Shown one piece after another: positions 18,610 to 28,313 of a stretch of DNA of 64,000 nt. Position 1 is the stretch's first letter. Every line of letters starts with the position of its first letter. Made by a program: the position numbers and the translations under genes. A model generated the notes under the pieces. It did no database searches. It worked only from the letters and a program-made list of their open reading frames with translations, and was not told where the DNA came from. The stretch is from positions 1,248,001-1,312,000 of the forward strand of contig OZ246001.1 of the NCBI GenBank assembly GCA_965230295.1, in the 5' to 3' direction. The DNA is from Marinicella sp. GTDB taxonomy: Bacteria > Pseudomonadota > Gammaproteobacteria > Xanthomonadales > Marinicellaceae.

Positions 18610-19080
18610 ATACTGGGCTGCCGTAATGAACTGGTTAAACGATTCACACCAGACGATCACAGTGTTGTATTGAGTAATGTCTATGTTTGCATCCACATCA
18701 ACCACGAAGTTTTCAAAGGTTTTGATATCGCCCACTTGTACCATGGTGTTTTTCAATCGCTTAAAATCTGCCTCTGTCTCAACAAACTCTGGGGAAAGGT
18801 ACAATTTATAATCCGGCCCAGGGGAAATACGACCCATGAACGTAATGTACTGATCACCCACAGTCACTTGACCTTCGCCTTGATGCAGGAAATCGCTGTC
18901 CTGTAAATCTTTTTTAAATTCAGCCGTGTATCTCGCAGCCGCTGACATGTTGCGGATCTCCGTGGCCTCTGGTGCTTGAGGCGCTGTCAGAATCGGCAAG
19001 GCATATATACCAGCAGCAAAACCAAACGCACCCACCACAGTATGGGTAATCAATAGAACGATCAATGTTTTTAATTTCAT
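18586..19080 (-). CDS. DM13 domain protein
   Basis: N-terminal TM, PGPDYKLYLSP and YNTVIVWCESF. Start at ATG 19080 with GGAGG RBS. Confidence 0.85.
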   Translation of the reverse strand: MKLKTLIVLLITHTVVGAFGFAAGIYALPILTAPQAPEATEIRNMSAAARYTAEFKKDLQDSDFLHQGEGQVTVGDQYITFMGRISPGPDYKLYLSPEFVETEADFKRLKNTMVQVGDIKTFENFVVDVDANIDITQYNTVIVWCESFNQFITAAQYLGPVNRP

Positions 19081-19166
19081 AAAGGCCTCCGCTTGTTCAT
19101 TGAGTACAAGACCAAAAACCACATCTTGGCTTTCATTAAATCTTAAATATCTGTATTCTGATTAAC

Positions 19167-19421
19167 TCAGGACTTATTCGCTTGTGCCTGAATTTTGGCC
19201 ATAATCTCATTGAGTTTGGCTTGCATGGCAGCATCCACTTCATCAGGTTTGATTCTGGATATGATGTTATTCAAAACGCGAATTTCATTGTGATCAATCA
19301 CCCCATCTTTTTCTGCAATGTCTAAAATTTTTCCTAGTTCATCTGCATCCAACTTACCATCATTGCTGAAACATTCAATGGAGCGGAATGACATTTCTAA
19401 ATAATCTCTGGGTTCTTTCAT
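19167..19421 (-). CDS. Small hypothetical protein with two EF-hand-like loops
   Basis: SNDGKLDADEL and EKDGVIDHNEI loops between helices; GAGGA RBS. Confidence 0.65.
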   Translation of the reverse strand: MKEPRDYLEMSFRSIECFSNDGKLDADELGKILDIAEKDGVIDHNEIRVLNNIISRIKPDEVDAAMQAKLNEIMAKIQAQANKS

Positions 19422-19433
19422 AATTTCCTCTAT

Positions 19434-19955
19434 TTAATCTTCGGGTAGCCTGTGGGTCATGCCGCGAGCAAAACGCCACTGCCCTTGACCATCCTTTTGT
19501 AACACCGAAAAGGCGCGTTGCTTACTGATGCGGATTTCACCGGTGGTTTTTTGTGTCAATTTGTTCACTTCAAGCCCACGAATAAATGCCCATTCACCAG
19601 TAATGATCAACTCCTTACATTGATAATCCTGTTGCATGCTGTATTCTGCCAAAAATGGTTCAAAGGCTGCCACTAAGGCATCACGACCTATCAATGGTGC
19701 GGCTTCATGGGTCCAGAATTCTGCCTGTTCAGTAACCATCGCAGCTAATGTCGTAAGGTCTTCTTGTAGTACAGCAGTTTTCCAGTTTCGCAGCAATCGT
19801 TCGATGGCCTTGCGGTCATCCTCTTTTTGGGCAGAATCAGCAGCCTTATCAACTGGGCATATTGAATCATCAAGAACATCAGACCCCAATTGATCCGCAT
19901 GAATCTGAGTAGATCCAAGAATAAGCAAACAAAACCATGTTGAATCACACTTCAT
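19434..19955 (-). CDS. SnoaL/DUF4440 NTF2-like protein
   Basis: AIERLL..W..A...D, LIGRDAL, GEWAF and VLQK..GQWRF; possible signal peptide. Confidence 0.75.
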   Translation of the reverse strand: MKCDSTWFCLLILGSTQIHADQLGSDVLDDSICPVDKAADSAQKEDDRKAIERLLRNWKTAVLQEDLTTLAAMVTEQAEFWTHEAAPLIGRDALVAAFEPFLAEYSMQQDYQCKELIITGEWAFIRGLEVNKLTQKTTGEIRISKQRAFSVLQKDGQGQWRFARGMTHRLPED

Positions 19956-20046
19956 CTCATGTGTTAATCTTGTATTTGATATCTATTTTATCGTTTTATA
20001 TCGACAGGTGTGAATAATATTTCAAACCCAAAGACAACAGGTTTGG

Positions 20047-20478
20047 CTACCTACTCTGCTCTGCCACAATCGCCTCAACTTCAACTTCTAAAATCAGCTC
20101 AGGCAAGAACAAACCTTTGACCTCAAACCAACTGGCAGCCGGGTACTGACCTTCTGGGTAGTATTTTTTACGTGTGGCTATTTGCGCTTTCATCGCTGCC
20201 ATATCGGTTGTAAACAACAACTCTTTGACCACCAAACCCATGGAAGAGCCGTGTTGTTGTAGGATGTATTGCAAGTTGGTGTAGACTTTGTCCACCGCTT
20301 GTTCCATGTCTGGCCCAGCCGCAGAAATGCCAGAAATATACAAATGATCGCCATGCTGTACCACCTGGGTGTAACCGATTTGTTTTTCAAAAGAGGCCAC
20401 ATGGGTTCTCTTGATGGTGGCTGGAGACGAACAGGCCATGAGGCCCAATGTGATGGTAATTAAACTGATGATTTTCAT
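20047..20478 (-). CDS. Rid (RidA/YjgF) family protein with a lipoprotein signal peptide
   Basis: GYTQVV..GDHLYISG and YPAASWFEVKGL..PELILEVEVEA; lipobox LMA-C. Start moved to ATG 20478. Confidence 0.8.
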   Translation of the reverse strand: MKIISLITITLGLMACSSPATIKRTHVASFEKQIGYTQVVQHGDHLYISGISAAGPDMEQAVDKVYTNLQYILQQHGSSMGLVVKELLFTTDMAAMKAQIATRKKYYPEGQYPAASWFEVKGLFLPELILEVEVEAIVAEQSR

Positions 20479-20624
20479 GGTTGGGTACTCATATGATAAC
20501 GACTCAAACATCTTACGCTTATCCACTTCGTTCATCATGTCCCAAAAGTCTAGGGCTTGAAAAAAACCACACCACTGCAAACAAACAATCATATGGGTGA
20601 TGTTGTTGAAAAACCAAGGCACTG

Positions 20625-20674
20625 CTGTAGCAAGGGTCGACGGAAGTCGACCACCCATTCAAATCTTGCTACAG
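20625..20674. repeat. REP-like nested hairpin (GTAG...CTAC type)
   Basis: Outer arms CTGTAGCAAG / CTTGCTACAG enclose GGTCGAC-GGAA-GTCGACC. Confidence 0.5.
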
Positions 20675-20719
20675 TCTTACAAGCCCATTAGAATGGATGC
20701 TTTTTCAGTGGACACCATC

Positions 20720-21934
20720 ATGGACATCAATTGGGTCAGACAACAATTTCCTGCTTTGCAGCACAGTGACATGATATTTATGGACAATGCCGGCGGTTCA
20801 CAGACCGTGTGTCATGCGATGGATGCCATCACCGAATACCTGACCCACTATGATGTGCAACTGGGCGCCAGTTATGCCACTTCGGCCACCGCAGCCAAAA
20901 AACTGGAACAAGCCACCCAAGCGATCCAAACCTATGTCAATGCCGAGCACCTTGAGGAAGTGATTGTGGGTCCCAGCAGCACCGCTTTGGTGCGGATTCT
21001 GAGTTTATGTTTGGCACAAGGCTGGCAAGCCGGCGATGAAATCATCATCACCGACGTGGACCATGAAACCAACCGCTCTGCTTGGTTGGCATTACAGCAA
21101 CAAGGCATTGTCATCAAAACCTGGCACATCCGACCCCATAGTTTAGAGTTACATGTCGATGATTTATTGGTCTTGATGACCAATAAAACACGTTTGGTGT
21201 GCTTCACCCATGTTTCCAACATTTTAGGCACCATCAACCCAATTAAACAATGGACTCAGTTGGTCCATGAGCATGGCGCCCAAGTTTGCGTTGATGGTGT
21301 GGCTTATGCCCCACATCGGTTGATTGATGTACAAGAATGGGATGTGGATTACTACTATTTCAGCACTTACAAAACTTTTGGACCTCACCAAGCTGTGATG
21401 TTTGGCAAACTCGAATTACTCAAATCATTGCCCGGCATCAACCATTCTTTTATCCAGAGCATCCCCTATAAATTTCAACCTGGCAATGTCAACTATGAGC
21501 TGTGTTACGCCATGGGTGCGGTGGTGCAGTATCTAAGTGAATTGGGGTCCGGAATCACCAACGCCGAGATCAACCGTGATAACCTTGCCTGCGCCTATGC
21601 AAAAGTTGCCAACCATGAGGCGCTGTTATTGCAAAAACTTTTGGATTATCTGTCATCTGTTCCCGAGATTAAGATCACAGGTATTGCCGACAGTGATCCC
21701 ACACAACGCGTGGCCACCTTGTCAATTGTGCATGAATCATTAAACTCCCATGCCATTGTCGAACACGTAGATCAATTCAACATTGGCATACGGTTTGGTG
21801 ATTTTTACGCCGTTGAATTGATTGATAATCTGGGTCTAAGAAACAAACACGGCGTGGTCAGAATCAGTTTGGCGCATTACAACACCCAAGATGAGGTGGA
21901 TGCGTTGATTGAGGCACTGAAATCTATCCTATGA
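20720..21934 (+). CDS. Cysteine desulfurase-like PLP enzyme (aminotransferase class V)
   Basis: VRQQFPAL, DNAGGSQ, DHETN, VDGVAYAPH, FSTYKTFGPH and VRISLAHYNT. The persulfide Cys is absent (RFGDFYA). Start at ATG 20720. Confidence 0.88.
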   Translation: MDINWVRQQFPALQHSDMIFMDNAGGSQTVCHAMDAITEYLTHYDVQLGASYATSATAAKKLEQATQAIQTYVNAEHLEEVIVGPSSTALVRILSLCLAQGWQAGDEIIITDVDHETNRSAWLALQQQGIVIKTWHIRPHSLELHVDDLLVLMTNKTRLVCFTHVSNILGTINPIKQWTQLVHEHGAQVCVDGVAYAPHRLIDVQEWDVDYYYFSTYKTFGPHQAVMFGKLELLKSLPGINHSFIQSIPYKFQPGNVNYELCYAMGAVVQYLSELGSGITNAEINRDNLACAYAKVANHEALLLQKLLDYLSSVPEIKITGIADSDPTQRVATLSIVHESLNSHAIVEHVDQFNIGIRFGDFYAVELIDNLGLRNKHGVVRISLAHYNTQDEVDALIEALKSIL

Positions 21935-21962
21935 TGAAACACAGCATGAATCATGTTCACTG

Positions 21963-22010
21963 CGACTCCGCTCAGTGAACGTATTACTTACCGTTGGCTG
22001 AGCGGAGTCG
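21963..22010. repeat. REP-like inverted repeat CGACTCCGCTCAG...CTGAGCGGAGTCG
   Basis: Perfect 13-bp arms (21963-21975 and 21998-22010) in a convergent intergenic region. Confidence 0.65.
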
Positions 22011-22116
22011 AAGCCCAATCCGTGGGTAACAAAATATAGACAGCACAAAGTGAGAACTCAGATAGTCATCAAATAAAAGTCATATCCTTGTGCCTGCGGC
22101 TATTGGCTGCATCAAC

Positions 22117-22147
22117 TGGATCTCCGGGTCAAGTCCGAAGATGACGG
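22117..22147. repeat. REP-like half element TGGATCTCCGGGTCAAGTCCGAAGATGACGG
   Basis: Imperfect hairpin resembling the proteobacterial GTCATCCCGG-CTTGA-CCGGGATCCA extragenic palindrome type, recognised from memory. Confidence 0.45.
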
Positions 22148-22166
22148 TGGCAAGAATGAGAAATTT

Positions 22167-25100
22167 CTACAATGATTTAAACGCCTGCTTTAGCCGCTTC
22201 ACCGATACTTTCTGTTTGGTGCCTAAACTTTGCGCAAACAAAGAAACCCGCAATTCTTCCAGCAACATCAAGAAATCTTGATGGTCAGAGGTGAATTCAT
22301 CCATTTGGTCACAATAGTCATAAAATGGCTTACTGATCTGGCTCAATTCTTTGAGTTTCTCAGCTTCTTTAGGCGGTGAATGTAAGGCTGTTTCCAATCG
22401 CATGGCCAGACCATTGAAATAACGGCTGTAATTTTCCAAATCAGCCATCCTCACATGGTGGACAAAATCAGCATAGACCAGATAATCCAATTGGTATTGC
22501 ATGTCGTTGTAACTGGCTGCTGTCAACAGTTCGCTTTTTTTTTCAACCTGTTGCCAAATGGCATACCACTGTTGAATCACTGGTGCCAACTTTTGGGACC
22601 ATTCATAGGTGATTTTGTACAAATTTTTATTCAAATCATCGGCCAATTGATCGAACTGCTGCTGGTTACCAATCCATTCAAAAGCAGTGATGTGCTTTTC
22701 CAACAATGAATCAATCAACTCATCAATCAACTTGTGATCACTGCCCAATGCGTTCCAAGCCATTTCTGCTTTCAAATTAATTTGTACTTTTTGAGCCTGT
22801 TTGATGATTTTTGGGTATTTGATGCTGAGCAAGCGCTTAATTCCCTGAATGTGTCTCAATTCAGCCTGATGGACATTCTCGAATAGCCTTAATCCAACCT
22901 GATCGCCTTGATCGACGATGGCCTGATAAGCAAGCAAACCATTGTCCAACTGCGTTTCCTGAGACAATTCACCAAACACCCAATCTCTGGCGCCATCCAC
23001 TTTTTTTGCTTTCGATGCCGTTTTCTGAAAGCTCCGGTTGGCCTTGCGACTGAAATCATCCAACAAGGCGTTGAAGTCCCGACCACTTTTCAACACTTTT
23101 TTGTTGTTGTCATAAACCACATAACGAAACTTCAGGTGATCATCCAAGACTGTGGATTGCCAATCTTCAAGCTGAGTTTGTAAACCGTTTTTGCGAAACA
23201 CCCATTGCACAACTTGTTGATAAAACTCGACACTGTGGTCCAAAGAATCACTGAGCACTTCGGCATATTCTTTGATGGGAAACAACCCGCGACGAATGCT
23301 TTTCGGCAAACCTTTGATCAACATTTCTAATTTTTCAGGTAACAAGCCCGGCACTAAATATTCAAAATCATTGGCATTCAAAGCATTCAACCAGGGCAAC
23401 TGAATATGTGCTGTAACACCATCTGTTTCACTGCCAGGTTGAAATTCATAACTTAATTTCAAAGTCAGGTTACGAATGGTCATTTCTTCTGGAAACAGTT
23501 CAGCACGATCCTTGGGTGCTTGTCGCATATACAAATCATCATCACTGAATTTCAGTGCATGGTCACCCTGTTTGGCTACCCATTTTCTGAGTTGTACTTC
23601 AGAATAAATATCGGCAGGAATAATTGCATCGTATAAGTCGTATAAAGTACCTGGATCGATCAATAAATCCTTTTTGCGATGCCGGTCTTCTTCAGCTTGA
23701 ATGGCGGCGATTGATTTGGCGTTGTGATGGAAAAATGCCATGCGGGTGTTCATGTGCTGTTCCACCAGTGCTTGGCTGATGAACAAATGACGTGATGTTT
23801 TGGGGTCTTTAGGGCCATAGTGAATTTGGTGCTTCTCACTCAACACCAAACCCAACATCACACTGCGCTGATAACCCATCACAGTACCGTGTTTTTTCGA
23901 CCAAAATGGATCGTAATGCGATTTTTTGATCAAATGCCGCCCCACATCGTTGATCCACATGACATCCAAATCGGCCACCATCCGAGCAAACACCTGGCTG
24001 GTATGAACAATTTGTCCCGCCAAGATCCATTTGGGGTGGGTCCCGTACAAGCCTGAGCCCGGAAAAATCAGGAATTTTTTATTCCTGGTCCCCAAATATT
24101 CCCGATCCGATTGCTGCATACCAACGTGTGAAATGAAACCTGACAACAAGGCCTTATGGATTTGTTCATAATTGGCTTGTTGATCGGTGATGATCATTTT
24201 TTGGCGTTTGACCAATGCAGCTAACTGGCGGTTCACATCACGCCACTCCATATAGCGTTTGATCGATATAAAATTATCACGGCACCATTGTTTAAAGCCT
24301 TTATTTTTTAGCTTGCTGCGCTGTTTATTCAGGTGATTCCACAGCTTCAGCAAGGCCATAAAGTCTGATTTCTCATGGTTGTATTTCTGGTGCGCCTTAT
24401 CTGCCGCCTGTGACCACTCCAAAGGCCGTTCTCTGGGGTCCTGAATCGACAAACCCGCAACAATGACCAGCAGGTCTTTTAAACAACCCAAACCATTGGC
24501 TTTGATCAAAATCCTGCCAAGCTGAACATCAATGGGCAAATGAGCCATCATCCGCCCAGTTTTGGTCAGTTGTTGACCTTCATCCAATGCTTCGAGTTCT
24601 ATCAACAACTGATAGCCATCATTGATCATTTTAAAATCAGGTTGATCAATGAATGGAAACTCGGTCAGGTGACCCAAGTTCAACACATGGGTTTGTAAAA
24701 TCACTGAGGCCAATGAAGTGCGCAAAATCTCAGCGTCGGTGTGTTCAGGTCGACTTTCAAAATCCTGTTCGGCATATAACCTGAAACAATGGCCATCTGC
24801 AATCCGACCACAGCGACCCATGCGCTGATTGGCACTGTCTTGTGCAATCGCTTCAATCTGCAAGCCTTGAATTTTACTGCGGGCTGAATACCGACTGATG
24901 CGTGCCAGGCCCGAATCTATGACATAGTGAATACGTGGCACCGTCAATGAAGTTTCTGCCACATTGGTGGACAAAATCACTCGCCGCTTGTTGCCTGGTT
25001 TAAATATTCGCATCTGATCTGTAGCGGTTAAGCGGGCGTACAATTTAAGTATTTCTGTGTTGGGCAAATGCTTGCGTTGTAATTGATCTGCCGCATCATT

Positions 25101-25973
25101 GATTTCTCTCTCACCTGGCAAAAACACCAACACGTCACCTTCACCACTCATGGCATAAATTTCATCAATGGCACGGATGATGCCTTGGTTCAACTCCAGA
25201 TTGTTTTCTTCTAAAGGTCGATAGTGAGCCGTGACTGGATAAGAACGACCACTGACATTGATGATCGGTGCATTATTGAAGTGTTTTGAAAATTTGTCGG
25301 TATCAATGGTTGCTGAAGTGATGATCACTTTCAAATCAGATCTTTGGCTGATCAATTGCTTGATAAAACCCAGTAAAAAATCAATGTTTAAACTGCGCTC
25401 ATGGGCTTCATCAATGATAATGGTGTCGTAGTCATTGAGGAACTTGTCTCGCAAGGTTTGTTGCAACAAAATTCCATCAGTCATGAATCGAACATAACCA
25501 TCCGGACTGAACTTTTCATCGAAACGCACCTGATAACCAACCGCTTGTCCCAACGGTACATTGATTTCATCAGCCACTCGCTGGGCCACTGACTTGGCGG
25601 CAATCCGTCGCGGTTGTGTGCAGGCAATTTGACCAGCCACACCCAATCCTGCCTGTAAACATATCTTCGGGATTTGGGTTGTTTTTCCAGAGCCTGTTTC
25701 TCCGGCGATGATGGTCACTTGATGAGCCTGGATGGTTTTTTTTATTGTTTCAGCCTGCTGACTGATGGGCAGTTCGGGGGCCAATTCGACTTTGGGTGCT
25801 TGTTCTCTTCGCAGCTCACAAGTTTGTTGCGATTGTGTTAACGCCTCCAGTGCTTGGCTCAAGAATTTGGGTTGCTTTTTGGCTTTGTTGAGTTGGTTCT
25901 TTAAGCGATGTTGGTCTTTGGCCAGCACATGACCAGGCAATTGCGTTATCAGTTTATCTAGATCGACCTGCAC
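22167..25973 (-). CDS. hrpA: ATP-dependent RNA helicase HrpA
   Basis: GETGSGKTTQ, TQPRRIAA, DEAH, SAT and QRMGRCGR; C-terminal EELRVSLFAQ; 1268 aa. Confidence 0.95.
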   Translation of the reverse strand: MQVDLDKLITQLPGHVLAKDQHRLKNQLNKAKKQPKFLSQALEALTQSQQTCELRREQAPKVELAPELPISQQAETIKKTIQAHQVTIIAGETGSGKTTQIPKICLQAGLGVAGQIACTQPRRIAAKSVAQRVADEINVPLGQAVGYQVRFDEKFSPDGYVRFMTDGILLQQTLRDKFLNDYDTIIIDEAHERSLNIDFLLGFIKQLISQRSDLKVIITSATIDTDKFSKHFNNAPIINVSGRSYPVTAHYRPLEENNLELNQGIIRAIDEIYAMSGEGDVLVFLPGEREINDAADQLQRKHLPNTEILKLYARLTATDQMRIFKPGNKRRVILSTNVAETSLTVPRIHYVIDSGLARISRYSARSKIQGLQIEAIAQDSANQRMGRCGRIADGHCFRLYAEQDFESRPEHTDAEILRTSLASVILQTHVLNLGHLTEFPFIDQPDFKMINDGYQLLIELEALDEGQQLTKTGRMMAHLPIDVQLGRILIKANGLGCLKDLLVIVAGLSIQDPRERPLEWSQAADKAHQKYNHEKSDFMALLKLWNHLNKQRSKLKNKGFKQWCRDNFISIKRYMEWRDVNRQLAALVKRQKMIITDQQANYEQIHKALLSGFISHVGMQQSDREYLGTRNKKFLIFPGSGLYGTHPKWILAGQIVHTSQVFARMVADLDVMWINDVGRHLIKKSHYDPFWSKKHGTVMGYQRSVMLGLVLSEKHQIHYGPKDPKTSRHLFISQALVEQHMNTRMAFFHHNAKSIAAIQAEEDRHRKKDLLIDPGTLYDLYDAIIPADIYSEVQLRKWVAKQGDHALKFSDDDLYMRQAPKDRAELFPEEMTIRNLTLKLSYEFQPGSETDGVTAHIQLPWLNALNANDFEYLVPGLLPEKLEMLIKGLPKSIRRGLFPIKEYAEVLSDSLDHSVEFYQQVVQWVFRKNGLQTQLEDWQSTVLDDHLKFRYVVYDNNKKVLKSGRDFNALLDDFSRKANRSFQKTASKAKKVDGARDWVFGELSQETQLDNGLLAYQAIVDQGDQVGLRLFENVHQAELRHIQGIKRLLSIKYPKIIKQAQKVQINLKAEMAWNALGSDHKLIDELIDSLLEKHITAFEWIGNQQQFDQLADDLNKNLYKITYEWSQKLAPVIQQWYAIWQQVEKKSELLTAASYNDMQYQLDYLVYADFVHHVRMADLENYSRYFNGLAMRLETALHSPPKEAEKLKELSQISKPFYDYCDQMDEFTSDHQDFLMLLEELRVSLFAQSLGTKQKVSVKRLKQAFKSL

Positions 25974-25983
25974 AGTTCAGCAT

Positions 25984-27165
25984 TCAGCTTTTGGCTGGAC
26001 TTGTAGGCATCTCTTTGATGTAAACATCTTGTTTGGCATAGGGGATTTCAATGCCAGCCGCATTGAATGCATCATAAACCTGCATATGTAACTCATGTCT
26101 GATGCGTCCACGCAATACCGGTTCGGGTATCCATGCCAATAACTCAAAATCCAAAGAAGATGGGCCAAAGGCACGCATCCTGACTCTGGGTGCTGGATCT
26201 TTCACCAATTCCTGGTGATCCGCAGCGACTTGCTGAAGCACTTCACATACTTGCTCAACATCAGATCCATAAGCAGCGCCGACTTTGACTCGAATGCGAC
26301 TTTTTTCCCAACGCCCTGAGCTTTCATTGATGATTTTCGCATTACCTATGACATTATTGGGTATGGTAATTTCAATGTCATCACGGGTTAACAGTCGAGT
26401 GGAGCGCATACCCACATGAGTCACCATGCCACGTTCACCTGAGTCCAGATTGACAAAATCTCCCACTTTATAAGGTGTATCAGCAATGATAAAGAACCCT
26501 GAGAATAAATTGGCCAAGGTGTCTTTGGCCGCAAAACCAACAGCGATACCAATCACCCCGGCAGAGGCCAGCCAAGCGGTTGGGTTGATGCCCCAGATGA
26601 TCAATAAAATGTATGAGCCCAAGCCGATCAACAATATTTTGCCAATCAACTCAAACAGCGGAATGGTTTTCGGTTGCACGATTTCAAACCGTTCTTTGAA
26701 CCTGGACAGGGTGGACAACAAAATGTGCAGCACTTTAAAGCCACGCATCATCCAACTGAGTACCAGAATACTGGCCAAAATTCTGATCAGGTTGCTTTCA
26801 AAGCCTTTTGATAACCCTATGGTCTTGACCGCCACCCCCAAAAAGAAAAAGAAGATGGTTAAAAAGAATGGCTTACGCAACACTGCAATGAGTTGATCAT
26901 CGACATCGCTTTTGGTTCGCTTGGCAATTTGTGACAGGCTTTTGGTGAACACCATCAACCCAATTTTCGCCACCACGTAGCCAAGCGCCACGATCAAAGC
27001 AAACCCCAACAATGGGATGGCTTGGATTTGTTCCCAGTAAGGCTGCCAAGAGTCTGGCAAATATGAAGACAGGTTATTGATGGCCAAGGTCACATCGCTC
27101 ACTGGAGCAGGATCAACCACCGGATCAGATTGTATGTTTGCTGCTACATTAACCCCCATGATCAA
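25984..27165 (-). CDS. Small-conductance mechanosensitive channel (MscS family)
   Basis: GIAVGFAAKDTLANLFSG, PYKVGD, IPN and FNAAGIEIPY. The start may be 27159. Confidence 0.9.
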   Translation of the reverse strand: MIMGVNVAANIQSDPVVDPAPVSDVTLAINNLSSYLPDSWQPYWEQIQAIPLLGFALIVALGYVVAKIGLMVFTKSLSQIAKRTKSDVDDQLIAVLRKPFFLTIFFFFLGVAVKTIGLSKGFESNLIRILASILVLSWMMRGFKVLHILLSTLSRFKERFEIVQPKTIPLFELIGKILLIGLGSYILLIIWGINPTAWLASAGVIGIAVGFAAKDTLANLFSGFFIIADTPYKVGDFVNLDSGERGMVTHVGMRSTRLLTRDDIEITIPNNVIGNAKIINESSGRWEKSRIRVKVGAAYGSDVEQVCEVLQQVAADHQELVKDPAPRVRMRAFGPSSLDFELLAWIPEPVLRGRIRHELHMQVYDAFNAAGIEIPYAKQDVYIKEMPTSPAKS

Positions 27166-27560
27166 TCCACCAATTTCAAGTGTGATTTGCCTTTACTGGA
27201 CTTGTTACTGTCTTCACCAACAGATGAATCGTTTCCTTCGTCCAAAGCATCATTCTCAACATCAAACATCATACCTTTACCGTTTTCTCTGGCATAAATG
27301 GCTGATACCGCCTCCATCGGCACAATGATGGCATGTGACACACCAGAAAAACGGGCATTGAAGGTCAGCAGCTCTTCATCCATTTGCAAATTTTGTGTGG
27401 CATCGAATGAAATGTTAAGCACGACCTTACCGTCCTCTATCGCATCATCAGGTACGCGAATTCCGGGATAAGATGCATCAACCACAGCCAGTGGTGTTAA
27501 ACCATTGTCAGTGATCCATTCATGCAAGGCCTGAATAAAATACGGCTTAACCGAAGTCAT
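27162..27560 (-). CDS. sspB: ClpXP specificity-enhancing factor SspB
   Basis: MTSVKPY..ALHEWITDNGLTP, FNARFSG, AIYARENG and the C-terminal HLKLV ClpX-binding tail; follows sspA. Confidence 0.93.
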   Translation of the reverse strand: MTSVKPYFIQALHEWITDNGLTPLAVVDASYPGIRVPDDAIEDGKVVLNISFDATQNLQMDEELLTFNARFSGVSHAIIVPMEAVSAIYARENGKGMMFDVENDALDEGNDSSVGEDSNKSSKGKSHLKLVD

Positions 27561-27567
27561 GTCTTGA

Positions 27568-28200
27568 TCAAAAATCAAACCTGTACTCACGTTCTGATTC
27601 GGTGATGCTCTTCTTGAATGCTTTACTTTGAAACATTCTGTGCGCATAGTTTCGCAATGATTTGGGCAGTGCTTCCCAGTCCAAACCATAATGTTCTAAA
27701 CGCCACAAGAATGGCACTAAATTGGTGTCCACCAAGGTCATGTCTGCATTCATGAAGTATGGATTTTGACTGAATAATGATTCAGCAGCGACCAGTTCAG
27801 AAGTTAAGTCTGCAACGGCTTGTTGTTTTGCTTCTCCAACTGCATTCTCTATTTTTTCAACGTATTGGAACCAACCGTTTTCTAATCTGTAAACCGTGAA
27901 CCGAAGTCGAGCTCGGGTCATCGGATCTGGTGGCATCAAAGGAGGATGTGGGTACCGCTCATCCAGGTATTCAGTGATGACATTGACTCCATATAAATGC
28001 ATGTCTCGATCAACCAAAGTTGGGACTTCTAACTTTGGATTGTTCGCCAACAGGTCTTCCGGGGGGTCATTGCGGTCCACTGAAATGATTTTACAATTGA
28101 TACTCTTGGTGGCCAAAAGGAATCGAATTCGATGAGAATCAAATGCTTCTGTTTCTGAGTAGATGGTAATAACTGATCGTCCACGTTCAATAATAGACAC
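27568..28200 (-). CDS. sspA: Stringent starvation protein A (GST fold)
   Basis: VPTLVDRD, EYLDERYPHPPLMP and LWRL; located after petC. Confidence 0.92.
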   Translation of the reverse strand: MSIIERGRSVITIYSETEAFDSHRIRFLLATKSINCKIISVDRNDPPEDLLANNPKLEVPTLVDRDMHLYGVNVITEYLDERYPHPPLMPPDPMTRARLRFTVYRLENGWFQYVEKIENAVGEAKQQAVADLTSELVAAESLFSQNPYFMNADMTLVDTNLVPFLWRLEHYGLDWEALPKSLRNYAHRMFQSKAFKKSITESEREYRFDF

Positions 28201-28227
28201 CTATTTTTCTCCTTTATTTCAATGTTA

Positions 28228-28265
28228 AAAAGGGTTTTTGCAAAGCAATTCTGCAAAAACCCTTC
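28228..28265 (-). terminator. Terminator-like hairpin after petC
   Basis: AAGGGTTTTTGCA...TGCAAAAACCCTT inverted repeat with a T-run on the minus strand. Confidence 0.6.
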
Positions 28266-28313
28266 ATTTTATCAAATTTTGACCTTTTTGTTAAGGCGCT
28301 CAAACTTGTGCCT

